64,000 bases of DNA, taken from contig CM119383.1 of assembly GCA_051294905.1 (NCBI GenBank), positions 11,160,001 through 11,224,000 on the forward strand. The letters run 5' to 3'. The stretch is from Botryllus schlosseri. Taxonomy: Eukaryota. Position numbers and translations under genes: made by a program. This document shows positions 13,015 through 23,990 of the stretch, piece after piece. Below the pieces are notes generated by a model, which saw only the letters and a program-made list of their open reading frames with translations, was not told the origin of the DNA and searched no databases. Positions within the stretch are counted from its first letter, which is position 1, and every line of letters starts with the position of its first letter.

Positions 13015-14286
13015 TCACACAAAAAATATCTCTTGCAATATTTGCGAATCATCGCAATTCAGTAAGTCAGTCGCGGCCGACACGTCATTTGGCATAGTAC
13101 GTGCGGAGACACTATCTAAAGGAGGAATGACATATTCACTATCGTGCACAGACGCCAACAAAGAATCCCTCGCATAACCACCGAGATCTTCCTGTACGTC
13201 CAACAAATTGTTGGGAGTTCCTGATGTTTTTAAAGTAGATGTCAGGTGCGGCGGAGATGCGTACCTTTCAAAGTCGTTAGGTCGACTCACACAGTGCGTG
13301 GTAAGCGGTGATTGTAAAGAGGTAGCGCGTAAAGGAGAGTGTTGTATTGAATGTCGCAAAGTCGGCGAAGTATAATTTGGTCCCGTGCTCGTTTGCGTAC
13401 GGTTATCAGAGAGTTCAGTTGCTCTAAACGTGTGTGGGGGCACATCCCTCATAGGCGACACTACAATATCGCTAGACTCCGATTGTTTGACTTTTATTTC
13501 TAACAATTTACGTAGGCGTTTTTGTTCTTCTTTCAATCGATTTTTTTTGTCGCTCAAGTACCGTTTGTACTCGTTGTTATCCATTTTCAGTATCTGATCC
13601 TCAGTGAATGTCGAATCGGTGTTGCCGGCGTCGCTGACGTGGATTGCGTCCACCTGAGATGACAATTCATCAGCGCTGGTGTAATCCGCCGTGTTAACAT
13701 TCCGAAACGACACGTTTTTTGACTGGGCCGGCGACTTTGATTTACGTAACGACGATCGATTCTCGGATTCACCCGGCACAACGGTGTCTTGCGATTTCTC
13801 GCCCTCACGGCCCGTCAAGGTGGCTTGCTGCATCGCGATCAGGTCTTGGTAATACTGCAGGAGACTCTGGCACTGTTTCACCTCTTCCGTCAAAAACTCC
13901 TGCCTGTTCAGCAGCATGTATTTTTCGTTCTCCAATTCCTTCATGTGAGACAGGAATTTTTCGCGCTCCTCTTTCAGCATGTGAGCCATGTCTTCTTTTT
14001 CTTCGTCGGCCTTCGCCAACTCCTTTATCAAATGAGCGATCCTTTGCTTATCCTCTGGGTTTAAATCCTTCAAAGTAACACCTTTGTTTTTCGTGGACAT
14101 ACCATCAGATTCTGATGACAAGCCACGCTGTTCGACACGAGCATTTCCTTTAGAATTGACATTCTGAGAGGTAGTATTTTCAATCGTTTTCTTTTTAGTG
14201 ACCTTCTTTTTACCACTGTGCTTTACCTTTGGTGTATTCACGATATCCGATTCCCGTTCCCAAATGACGTCATCCAATCTCAGCAT
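13015..14286 (-). CDS. KIAA1328: Hinderin (KIAA1328-like) coiled-coil protein, 423 aa, single coding exon
   Basis: TLKDLNPEDKQRIAHLIKELAK matches the hinderin core ([22 protein letters not shown], as recalled), followed by a coiled coil ending in CQSLLQYYQ. The C-terminus DDSQILQEIFFV matches the vertebrate ending EESQILEDIFFI. Confidence 0.88.
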   Translation of the reverse strand: MLRLDDVIWERESDIVNTPKVKHSGKKKVTKKKTIENTTSQNVNSKGNARVEQRGLSSESDGMSTKNKGVTLKDLNPEDKQRIAHLIKELAKADEEKEDMAHMLKEEREKFLSHMKELENEKYMLLNRQEFLTEEVKQCQSLLQYYQDLIAMQQATLTGREGEKSQDTVVPGESENRSSLRKSKSPAQSKNVSFRNVNTADYTSADELSSQVDAIHVSDAGNTDSTFTEDQILKMDNNEYKRYLSDKKNRLKEEQKRLRKLLEIKVKQSESSDIVVSPMRDVPPHTFRATELSDNRTQTSTGPNYTSPTLRHSIQHSPLRATSLQSPLTTHCVSRPNDFERYASPPHLTSTLKTSGTPNNLLDVQEDLGGYARDSLLASVHDSEYVIPPLDSVSARTMPNDVSAATDLLNCDDSQILQEIFFV

Positions 14287-14324
14287 GACTAACGTATATC
14301 TAAGATAGAGACTAGTTTCTAAAA

Positions 14325-14369
14325 CCTTTAATACAAAATAGAGGTAGCAAAAACAATATGAGGTTTAAT
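14325..14369 (-). promoter_or_regulatory. Candidate ADGRA poly(A) signal (ATTAAA 14364-14369) just upstream of a 3' splice acceptor (AG 14327-14326) that precedes the hinderin ATG
   Basis: No AATAAA on the minus strand between 15580 and 14330. ATTAAA occurs only at 14364-14369 and 14327-14332. Acceptor tattaaag|GTTTTAG lies 39 nt before the ATG. Confidence 0.45.
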
Positions 14370-15580
14370 ATGAAGCATGCAAGAGAAGTGTTATTCTGAC
14401 GGAGTATGTCGCACCAGGAGCAATAAGGAACGCAGTGTTGGGAAAAATCGTTAGCCTTTTACAATTGATGCCAACAGGAAACATAATATTCCTAGGACAT
14501 TCAATGGAGGGTAATTTGAACAATGTCTCTTGAATCTATACTCCAGTAATCGTACACTGCATTGATGCGGCTAACGTCAGAATATTAGTCAAATATGTCC
14601 GTTGGAAACACTGAAATATGAAAGCGATTGGATTTGAAAAAAGATTCATGATAAAAAATATAATAAAGCATAATCCAGACAAACAAATGGCATCACAAAA
14701 GCTATTTACATGGATTAGCACCGTCACAATTATAACGTAAGGCACATAAAATGGACAGGCACTTTAAGTAAAACGATCCTTCAGAAAATATGTTTTACAA
14801 GGTATATCTACCGAAGCCGGTATGACGCATATGATATGAATACAGCATGGAAACAAGGAAAGGACAGTCTACCTGGTGTAGTAAATCACTTCTTACAGGT
14901 AAGATAAATATCACGACTTTTGGTTCAAAGCCATGCACGACACAAACGAAAACTGCGACAAGGTCCAAGTGAAGCACATGATTAACGAGAAGTGAATGAC
15001 CAAATTCATTGTATTAAAATAGTTCAAACGAAATAATGACCAGTTCCAATCTTCATTGGATGGTACATCAAGGCACCCAGTATAAAAATGGCTGTGTTAC
15101 ATATACAAGTCTCCATAACTGCAGTGTAAAAAGAATAACTGAGATCCATCAGAAGCATGGCAGTTATGGATAAACAAATTTCATGCTCTGCTGCACCTAC
15201 CCGGTGAGAAGCTGCAAGCACCTCTTCTTCATTTCTCAATAATCTAAGTGCCAAGCATCAAGTTATTTCAGAGGTTCTATATTCTGATTGCCTTCCTTCA
15301 CGCGAATGAAACACAAGGCAACATGAATTATTGGCAGGGCAAAGGCAGCATTAAATAACCAGAGTGATTCAGGCAAAAATTAACGAACGTCGTAGGTAAA
15401 ATACATAGGCTAAAATATAATCTCACAACAAATCAAGGAAATAGCGTAGAGGCGATACTGAACGAGCTGTGATAAAGCGAGACTTGAAAACACTCAAAAA
15501 TGATAGGAATTGTACCGCGTGGTGTCTGAAGAGTTTGGGATCATTCTTACCGTTACTTATTGGTAACGAATCGCGGATCG

Positions 15581-18500
15581 CTACATTGTACCGTTTGCAC
15601 CTTCACTCGTACTCTCTGCCCGGTTGGGAAAAAGAAAAGTGTTGACATTCTGGAACTGTTCGAGAGTCAAATAGCCGTGGTTGTCTTCCAATTTCGTGCT
15701 TGAAGGCGACTGCTGCACCTCGTTCGTAACTCTGCCACCGTTACTACTCGACGCCGTGTCTTGCTCGCGCTCAGACACCGACGACCGATTACCTCTCGTC
15801 TTTCTCCCTTTGTCCGCCACGACGGGACGCGGCTGATTGCCCGCACCCAAACGTTTGACGCGTTTGCTGTGGGAGCCGCTCCGATTTTTGACGCTCTTAT
15901 CCTGCTTTTTGTGCCGCGGAGAAATCAAAAGAGGCCTGTAAGTCTGTGAACCGTCGGGTTGAATATCGTTTCTCTTCTCGACGTTAGCCATCAACGGGCT
16001 GGCCTCGTCGATACTGTCGCCGGGCTGTTTTTCATTTTGAACTTCGTCGTTGCTCGTGAGTGGATCATGAGCGTATTCACGTAACACGTTCAATTTGCGT
16101 TGCCTGGCCCGTTTCCTCTCTAACGCTTTCCTCACTTTCTGATACCTATCCACCAGAGCGCTGTTGTTGATTTTCGCTTGCGCGTGGTGCTGCATGATCA
16201 CCGGGATGGTGTGCATGTTGTTGAAGGCCAAATCGTCGAGACTGTGCTCGGTCATGCTCGATTCGTGAGCGTTACGCAGATTTGTCATTTTCGCCGGTTT
16301 TCCGTGGTCGTGACGGTGCGAAACGCAATGATTGTGAAAACTCATGTGGTGGTACGGCAATGAATCGGGATGGTAACCCCTCGGCTTGACACGACAACCT
16401 TCGTGAGGATATCGCTGGTGGGGATATTGTGAGTGCGTGGCAGAATCCATAATCCGCGACATTGACTCGTTACGAGAATACTGCTTCGCGCGGCTGCTAC
16501 GATGCAAAGATGTAGCAGAATCACGAATTCCGTGGTGAATAAGACAAGGATCAAAGTCGTCGCCGTTAACGTGGTGAGATCTTCCGTAACTGTCTACGTT
16601 ATGCCCTGCGCTTTCAGTGGATGGTAGCATAGTTTCGGAGGTCGGATCGGTCTTGATAGTGGGGTAAGCCCTGCCTCTTTTCCCGCCTGTCCGAAGCGAT
16701 TTATCGTTCGTCGAAGTCAGATTATCCAAGTTTGGATCGTCGGCGTTACCGCATTTTGAGAAGGAACTAACAGACCCGTCGTTTCCGTTGCCGATATCTT
16801 TAGAAATTCTTCGATTGAATAACTTCTTACACCGGCTTTTGAAAGATTTCCTCAGCACCAAGGACTGTAGAAGGACACATAAGCCGATTGCGATGACAAA
16901 TATCGCGTACAACCACGAGAAAACATTAACGATAAGGAGTTTTGTCGATCGTCCATCCTCCTTCATGTCAAAGTAGTAACAAGCTTCCTCCATATTGGCG
17001 CAAAATTGGTTCGAACGCATATCGGGAGCCGCAATAGACACGGCCGCAGACACCCAACTGAAGAGATACAGCACAAACAAAACCGCAGTACCGGTCAGCG
17101 CGCCTTTGAAGCTCTGTTCCGTCATTCTGGCACGGCACAGGGCATGGTGATGAGCGACAGGGCTGTCTGCTCGATTGTGACCCACAATTTCTGAACAGTT
17201 GCACGGCTCGTTAGTGAATATAGCTTGGTATCGGTTGTTCCCGTAGTGCTGACCATGGCTAGAATTTTGAGCAAGCGGCGATCTATTCGAGTCAAAATGA
17301 CGAGACTGCCGATTGAATATGCAAAGGACGCGTAGCAGAAAGAAAATGCAGAAAAGAGCGATGGCAGTAGCCGGCAAATAAAATGCATAGACGCTCGCCT
17401 CCCAAGGTAGCCAACAGTATTTGTCTCCCGGTTTGCAGTAATCATGTCCCTTTACCGCGGCAGTAATTCCACAAATCACCAATGGCATACCACACCCGAT
17501 CAGGTAATATCTCAGTATAGGTTTCCGTGGTTTTGGCTCTAACGAAGGCGGTTTCGTAAGTGCGAGAAGCTGTCTCAAAATACTTCTTACGCTAAGCGTG
17601 ATCCAGAACAGCACAGTCAGCGACGCGTAATGCAAGGAAAATCCATAAATTACGCAAACACCTTTTCGAGACACAAGTCGTATGCAGAAAGCAAACAAGC
17701 AAGTTGCCACCAACAAATGAAAACATATGTTTAACACCATATGCCGCGATTCTTTACTGATCATCAACTTATCCGCGCATGCCAAGTAACTAATGATCAC
17801 AACGAGAAGGCACACGGCCAGAACAAGAGTTCCTGTGATTACGGCTGGATGAGAGAATTCATACGCACAATTATCGAGACCACAAGACTCGTACTCACTG
17901 GCATAGACGAGGGTGACCGTTACCAGCTTGTGGCACACGACTTGTGTGTAATTCTGACTCATGCAATGAGCAGTACACGACTTGTCCCTCACCCAACCAT
18001 TTTTAGTCCACACAGCGGGATAACGGTTGCCACATTTTTTGGTGGCGATGTTGAAAACGACAGGATAGGATAGATTTTTCGATGAGCACCCCTCAATGCC
18101 CATTTGAAAAACCATTTCCGTAGCCACGGCATCATTAGTGGACATGTTGCCGACACTTTTGCCTTGTAGAAACAGACTAGCGTTCCTATATACGACAAAG
18201 TAGATTTTGTAATTTTCATTCGTCCCTTTGCAGTTATCGAGAGCGGTTACGGGAATTCGAAACGATGACGCTGACACGTAACGACCAAACGAAGGCATTC
18301 CGCATACAGCTTTCATAATCCCGTTATCTGTAACAATGCATGTCATCGCTGCAGTCAATTGAGGTTTTTCAGACACTTTCATCCCTCCAACCGCAATATT
18401 TTCCGATTCTGCATGAATCACACCAGTTGTAATCATTCGAAGGATGTAGCTTTCAATTAAATCCAACATTTCCCTGCAAAGATTAGACTTGGTCTGCGCC

Positions 18501-19963
18501 GTCTGTAGCATGGAAGCATCCGTCTTCATGAGGTAACCTGCTAGATTCAGTAGCGGCCAATCAGTAATATCCCCACTGACCGTATCATAACTCAGTCTTT
18601 GCCATGTTTCCGACATAAGTACACTGAGGAAGTCAAGCGTTAACTGTTCGCGAACAGGTAATCGAGATATCTTGTGCATTAAATTTTCAAGCATATCTTC
18701 CCTATTTTCGAAGAGGTTATGATCCTTTAAAATGTATTCGTGAATTTCATTTGTCACCTTATCTTTGAATGGGCAGTTCATGTAATTACCAACATGCCAT
18801 CCATGACGACCGCAAAAACGAGTGGCAAATTGTATATTACTGTATACTGCCCCGCTATGTTGCTGGCAGACGAGCTTTTTTGACAGACCTTCAACAGAAC
18901 TCGGCCACGTGAAGTCACCATGATGATTCACTACCTCGTTCTTTCTACAATACTGAGCATTCCTGCCAACCACTGCCAGCTTTATAGATTTGGTTACATT
19001 ACTATGAGGAGAAACGATGGTGCATTTCCAGTCGCCAGAATGATTTGATGTTACATTGCCGATGATCATCCAACCGGTAATAATTGATCTGTAGTGGTTT
19101 ACGCAAGTGTTTGAATGTAGCGACTTACTTCTGTTCGATAGATTTGCGTTATTAAAACTCCAATACAGCTGTGAGTTTGGAAGATTTGTACCCTCGCATT
19201 GGATGCGCATACTGTCTCCTTCAAATAGTAACTGTGGTTTCATCGGGCTGATTTCAAAATAGGGAAGTTTTGATAACCGATTTTGGGAGCCGCATTCCAA
19301 TTTGGGTGGATTCAGATTTTGCAGCCTTAACCCCGCTTTCGGTAGCTGGCATGTTCCGATTGCTTTCGGTGAGTTAGAATTCCTCAACCATACCACGAAG
19401 TCCCTCATTAAACAATTGCACACGAGATAAGTTGAGCGCAAATCAATTTTCCTCAACTGTCTTAAAGACTTGAATGCGTTGCCGGGTATGATAGGGAATT
19501 CGTTGAATGATAAATCCAAGTGTTTCAGCCTCAACAATCCATCGAACATGCCAGCGGTCAAATTACCGATACTGTTATGACTCAAGTCAAGACGCGTCAA
19601 ATTTGGAAATACAGAAAACGTTCCCGGAGAAATCTTCCAAATACCGTTACTTGAGAAATCTAGTTTGGTGATCCTTTGGAAATTACGCAAGTTGTCTTTT
19701 CTCGTGCCAAATGTCCCATTGCTCAACTCCTGTTCGTGGTTGTCGCTGAAGTCTATCCAAACCACATCATTCGGCAAAACAGCGCTCGATAAAAAATTGC
19801 TAACGTTGATTGAGCGGCAATACAGTCTTTTACCAGTAGTCCTTTTGACAGTTAGACAACCGCATGTCTTGAAAGATTGAAATGAACATCCCCGCGTTGA
19901 TGTCCAGTAAAGAGCAGCATGAAGAATAATACCGATTAGGAACATAATCCAAAGGTATTTCAT
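15581..19963 (-). CDS. ADGRA3: Adhesion GPCR of the ADGRA (GPR124/GPR125) family, ~1460 aa, intronless
   Basis: Signal peptide (MKYLWIMFLIGIILHAALYW), LRRs, LRRCT (YLVCNCLMRDFVVWL), Ig domain (WKCTIVSPH), HormR, GAIN/GPS, 7 TM helices, and tail motif KLNVLREYAHDPLTS matching ADGRA RLTVLREYAYDVPTS. The ATG at 19963 is preferred over the TTG at 19972. Single ADGRA-type orthologue; symbol is approximate. Confidence 0.9.
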   Translation of the reverse strand: MKYLWIMFLIGIILHAALYWTSTRGCSFQSFKTCGCLTVKRTTGKRLYCRSINVSNFLSSAVLPNDVVWIDFSDNHEQELSNGTFGTRKDNLRNFQRITKLDFSSNGIWKISPGTFSVFPNLTRLDLSHNSIGNLTAGMFDGLLRLKHLDLSFNEFPIIPGNAFKSLRQLRKIDLRSTYLVCNCLMRDFVVWLRNSNSPKAIGTCQLPKAGLRLQNLNPPKLECGSQNRLSKLPYFEISPMKPQLLFEGDSMRIQCEGTNLPNSQLYWSFNNANLSNRSKSLHSNTCVNHYRSIITGWMIIGNVTSNHSGDWKCTIVSPHSNVTKSIKLAVVGRNAQYCRKNEVVNHHGDFTWPSSVEGLSKKLVCQQHSGAVYSNIQFATRFCGRHGWHVGNYMNCPFKDKVTNEIHEYILKDHNLFENREDMLENLMHKISRLPVREQLTLDFLSVLMSETWQRLSYDTVSGDITDWPLLNLAGYLMKTDASMLQTAQTKSNLCREMLDLIESYILRMITTGVIHAESENIAVGGMKVSEKPQLTAAMTCIVTDNGIMKAVCGMPSFGRYVSASSFRIPVTALDNCKGTNENYKIYFVVYRNASLFLQGKSVGNMSTNDAVATEMVFQMGIEGCSSKNLSYPVVFNIATKKCGNRYPAVWTKNGWVRDKSCTAHCMSQNYTQVVCHKLVTVTLVYASEYESCGLDNCAYEFSHPAVITGTLVLAVCLLVVIISYLACADKLMISKESRHMVLNICFHLLVATCLFAFCIRLVSRKGVCVIYGFSLHYASLTVLFWITLSVRSILRQLLALTKPPSLEPKPRKPILRYYLIGCGMPLVICGITAAVKGHDYCKPGDKYCWLPWEASVYAFYLPATAIALFCIFFLLRVLCIFNRQSRHFDSNRSPLAQNSSHGQHYGNNRYQAIFTNEPCNCSEIVGHNRADSPVAHHHALCRARMTEQSFKGALTGTAVLFVLYLFSWVSAAVSIAAPDMRSNQFCANMEEACYYFDMKEDGRSTKLLIVNVFSWLYAIFVIAIGLCVLLQSLVLRKSFKSRCKKLFNRRISKDIGNGNDGSVSSFSKCGNADDPNLDNLTSTNDKSLRTGGKRGRAYPTIKTDPTSETMLPSTESAGHNVDSYGRSHHVNGDDFDPCLIHHGIRDSATSLHRSSRAKQYSRNESMSRIMDSATHSQYPHQRYPHEGCRVKPRGYHPDSLPYHHMSFHNHCVSHRHDHGKPAKMTNLRNAHESSMTEHSLDDLAFNNMHTIPVIMQHHAQAKINNSALVDRYQKVRKALERKRARQRKLNVLREYAHDPLTSNDEVQNEKQPGDSIDEASPLMANVEKRNDIQPDGSQTYRPLLISPRHKKQDKSVKNRSGSHSKRVKRLGAGNQPRPVVADKGRKTRGNRSSVSEREQDTASSSNGGRVTNEVQQSPSSTKLEDNHGYLTLEQFQNVNTFLFPNRAESTSEGANGTM

Positions 19964-20183
19964 TTTGAACAACTAGGTATCGCCATTTCTAATCTAATGC
20001 TTCATTGCAATAACGAAAATCACGAGCGACAGGTCTGTTGAATTCTTCACATAAAGGCACGAATAAAACTGTGAAACAGAACCAAAATATTATTCATACA
20101 TATATATAGAGATATAATTACAGATATAGTATAGGCCTACACAGTACGGCATGCGATACTTGATAAAATCAATTCTGTAAATG

Positions 20184-20634
20184 TAGGCTTACCATACGTC
20201 CTCTTTTAAGAGGATTTGTCCTCTTTTTTGACTTTTTTGAAAGTGTCCTCGGAGGACGCCCATTTGTCCTCTTTTTTGAGATTTTGTCCTCTTTTTTGAA
20301 AATTTAGGTCAGATATAGAGGAAATTGCGAGTGATATGCCGCAAATTAGCGCAGAAGTGAAGCTCCGGCGGGTATTTCGGAGGAAAAGCGGTGATATCAG
20401 CTCTGAGCGAAATGAAGACCTTTTTTTTTTTTTTTTTTATTTTAGTCATCCACCTAGCAAAGTGGAGTGAAAAACGTGTTTTCTGAGCGGAAGTGATGAC
20501 CTTTTTTTTTTTTAGTCAACCGACCGCAAAGTGGGAAAAATTCACCGGTTTTTGAGAATTCTACTCCGGTTTTGTATCTCTCAAATTTCTGAAAAAGTGT
20601 CCTCTTTTTGCATTTTCAAAATATGGTAAGCCTA
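20184..20634. mobile_element. MITE with TIR TAGGCTTACCATA (hAT-like); uninterrupted relative of 25928-28000
   Basis: TAGGCTTACCATA ... TATGGTAAGCCTA; repeated GTCCTCTTTT subterminal motif; TSD not clean. Confidence 0.75.
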
Positions 20635-21621
20635 GACTAAATGCATAACTGTTCAGTAATACCTCATAATTATACGGCAATTGTCTGGTTAGCAATTGTC
20701 TGGTTAGAATTATCAATTTCACTCTGGTTCTAAAATAATAATGACTATTTGTCACAGTGGCATTGGCATTGCAATTATGACCATGGCGGAATGCAATATC
20801 CCGATTCCCGAATTAGGATGTAATACACCAAAGTATGCCTACATTCATTTTGCAAAGGGACCTCGGATGATTCCTCGGTAGACCTTGAAAGACTATGAGC
20901 ACTCCTTGCACTTGTTGATAACTTCATTTGCTAACACTTAACAACACGCTTCCACTGTGAAATTTGAAGAAAGTGGAATGTGCTAAAATAGTGCCAACGT
21001 GCCAAACGCAAGATTTCGGTGTGAAATAGCTTGACAATCGCCTAAAATTCGAGGATTTGGCTGAGTGAGGCTATCTTTCTCAAACTGCGAATCTCAGCAT
21101 CAGCAGCAAAAATACAAAACTTGAAGTGAGGCAACCGCTAACATAGTTGAATGTACTAATTCACGGAATGGTAAAGAGACCGGCGTCCGTCGGACGCATA
21201 CAAAGAATACCACTGAACACACGCCGTCGAAGATAAGTTGCTCTAGAGCTGCTCTAATTTTGATCCTTACAATAAATGATGTTTTCTTGAAACTCAAGTA
21301 CCAACTGCGTTCACAAACATGTCATGGACCCACGGATCGTGTTTGCATATGCATTCGATCATTTGCTTATATCGCCAAACAAGTAAACATTTTCTACCAC
21401 GTGCACTATTTCCAGAAGACATAACAAAACATTGATGGCTATCTCTCAATATCGTTCGGTAAGCAATACCTAAACCAGGGGTCGGCAGCCTTTCGTAGGG
21501 AGCGTGCTAAAATGTCAAAAATGTCTAAGTATTACCAACTGGTGTGCCTAACATTTTTTATTTTGTTGTAATTAGCGTTTCAAGCAAGGAATCCCGCCCA
21601 TCGCCTGTCTGAAGCTGGCAG

Positions 21622-21996
21622 CAGTGGTGGCTTTTGGGGTGGGCGAGGTGGGCGGTCGCCCGGGGCCCCCCCTGGTCGAAGGGGCCCCCCCTATTCGGAT
21701 CATGCGCTTTTTTTAAGGATAATAACGAATAAACATGGAAATCCGTGTACCAAGCAAGAATATGATTCCGTACGGATGATCATCACGTCTCTACATGCGA
21801 TAGAATTACTTGGTCTTGATGTAGTCTATCCTTAGACACATACAATAATAAACATAGCCTAATCCAGCAGCTCAACCTTACCGCGGGAAAGGGGGGTCTG
21901 GGGGGCGAAGCCCCCCAGAAGTTACGGTTAGATACTTATAGGGGGCCCCCCCGGTAAGTCTCGCCCAGGGCCCCCCCGTTCGTAAGGCCACCACTG
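21622..21996. mobile_element. hAT-type MITE, 375 bp, perfect 8-bp TSD GCTGGCAG
   Basis: TIR CAGTGGTGGC/GCCACCACTG; TSD at 21614-21621 and 21997-22004; second copy at 35115-35438. Confidence 0.85.
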
Positions 21997-23990
21997 GCTG
22001 GCAGCATCATTAGTGATTACATCATTAGTGATTCTTACAGTGCTGGTCGCTAAGAGTATAATTTTTGGTCGCTACTGCACTAGAACTATCGCCTAATGTA
22101 TGTAATATTTGCACCGTTTGATTTTAGTCGCGTAATGATCGATCTTCTGTGGTTGATTCGGTCATTGCCCCAAGAAAGATCTTACGATGATATGGCCTGA
22201 TGATGAAAAATGTGATGTTACTATTCCAGTAAATAGCTAAATACAAATCGGTTTGATGTCACAATTAGGTTGGTCTGACCATAGCTATTTACAACGTAGC
22301 TACGTTGTAAATTGCTATGGTCTGACATTGGATTTGTCTGCAAAAGCTTCAAATATCGCGATAAAGGTTGTAGTTGCTTCAGATATATTGGGGTCGCTCA
22401 CACGTCAGACGATACTAAAACAATATCCTTTCGTGAGACGATCATGATTCCAAATTCGCATTTCGACAAGGAACTCATTATTTTTCTCTGCTCGTCTCAT
22501 TTGGTACGCGTGGCTCAAGCTGCAGGCGGTATGGACTATTCAGTGGCTGTCACTTCGGCGCCTGGATAGTGTAGGCCTGCACACCAATGTCGAGCGTTCT
22601 GGCCAACGTATGATTATTATTATTTCAAGGTTTCATCACCGCCAATCATTTTGTCAGCGCACACGGCGCGCGATCCCCGACCTATACCTATCGTATACGA
22701 TACATATCGCTTGGTGTGCTCCGTGTTTGGTATGTAAAAAGATGGCCGGTAGGATAATTGAGTCGTTGCGATGTTGTCTGCTGACTACCGAGCGAGTCCC
22801 GGTCCCAGGAACTGTTCATCATCCTTATAAATTAAAAATTTTATCAAATCAATACACCACGAAAATAGGGGGTGCCGAAACGACTTGTTCTGAACAAGTC
22901 ACCAATGTAGACTAGCCTATATTACAGCGGCAAGGTGTAATGTGCAGCAGGTGCACACTACTATTTTGAAGCAGTATCTTCGTTGGATAACTAGAAGGCG
23001 TCAACTGTAGCACGAGCACGTTTCTTCGCATTTGCTGGTGGGATCAAGGGTTCTGATTTGAAACACAGCAGTGCGCATTATTTGTTACTTGTTATATTAT
23101 CGAATGTAAACGTGGAATGGCAGCGACCGATGTTCCTGTTTCGTTCCGCTTCACTGAGACTATCAGGTTAATTATTTTGTGGCAGCGACTATAGGATTTC
23201 TGGTAATCCAAAAGTTATCTTCCAGAGCGCACAATTCACTGATTTTGGTCTTGATCGTAGGTTAGTTATCTAAAGTGAAATAGTCCAAATTAAAACTATA
23301 GCGACACAATGCTGCATGAAGTTGGCAAATAATATCAGATTTGGTGCTACACACCAAAATTTCAAGAAGCGTGAAATTGCGGGAATATTCAAATTTCGCA
23401 TCATTTTAGTCCATATGTGATGGGCTGGGCACACTGCGTTCTCTTCTATAGTGATTCCCGCCAATTCCAGGTTGGGAACCAGCGCCCCTTCGTGATCTAA
23501 CGATATATGTGTGTCAGTGTGTGCGCGGTGATCAACCAAAAGTTTTGTTGGGGAGGGGCGTTTGCTACCTTATTCGTTGCCCAAAGTGGTGTCGTGCAAA
23601 AAATGTTGGGTAAATACCACGTTATTCCGTGTATTCTGGTCTTTTTGTATCCGTCGAAAGCGACACCACTCGTGCTGGTGCTAAACGAAAACTTGTGTAT
23701 TTCCCAATGATATATATACTTATACATTATGCTTATATATATATATATATCATTGGTATTTCCCATACATTCTTCACAACTAATTCCTGTAACATAACTT
23801 TACAATCTTACGCGTACATATCTTAGCTCGCGACTCCCTAGTACAGTTTTATATTTTATTTACTAGAATATGAAATTAGAAGAGAGTATTTAAAAAAATA
23901 AGAAACCCGAAGTATAAAATACTATGTAGGCTACATCACGTAATACGTAGAGATATTCCACTTCTTTCCACGGCCAGCAGTTTAACTACT

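Noticed and set aside
19964-19972. TTG start for ADGRA given by the ORF track
   Set aside because: Eukaryotic gene; the ATG at 19963 directly precedes the signal peptide.
22253-23826. Several 60-100-aa ORFs upstream of ADGRA
   Set aside because: No recognisable motif or consistent splice chain in any frame I translated.
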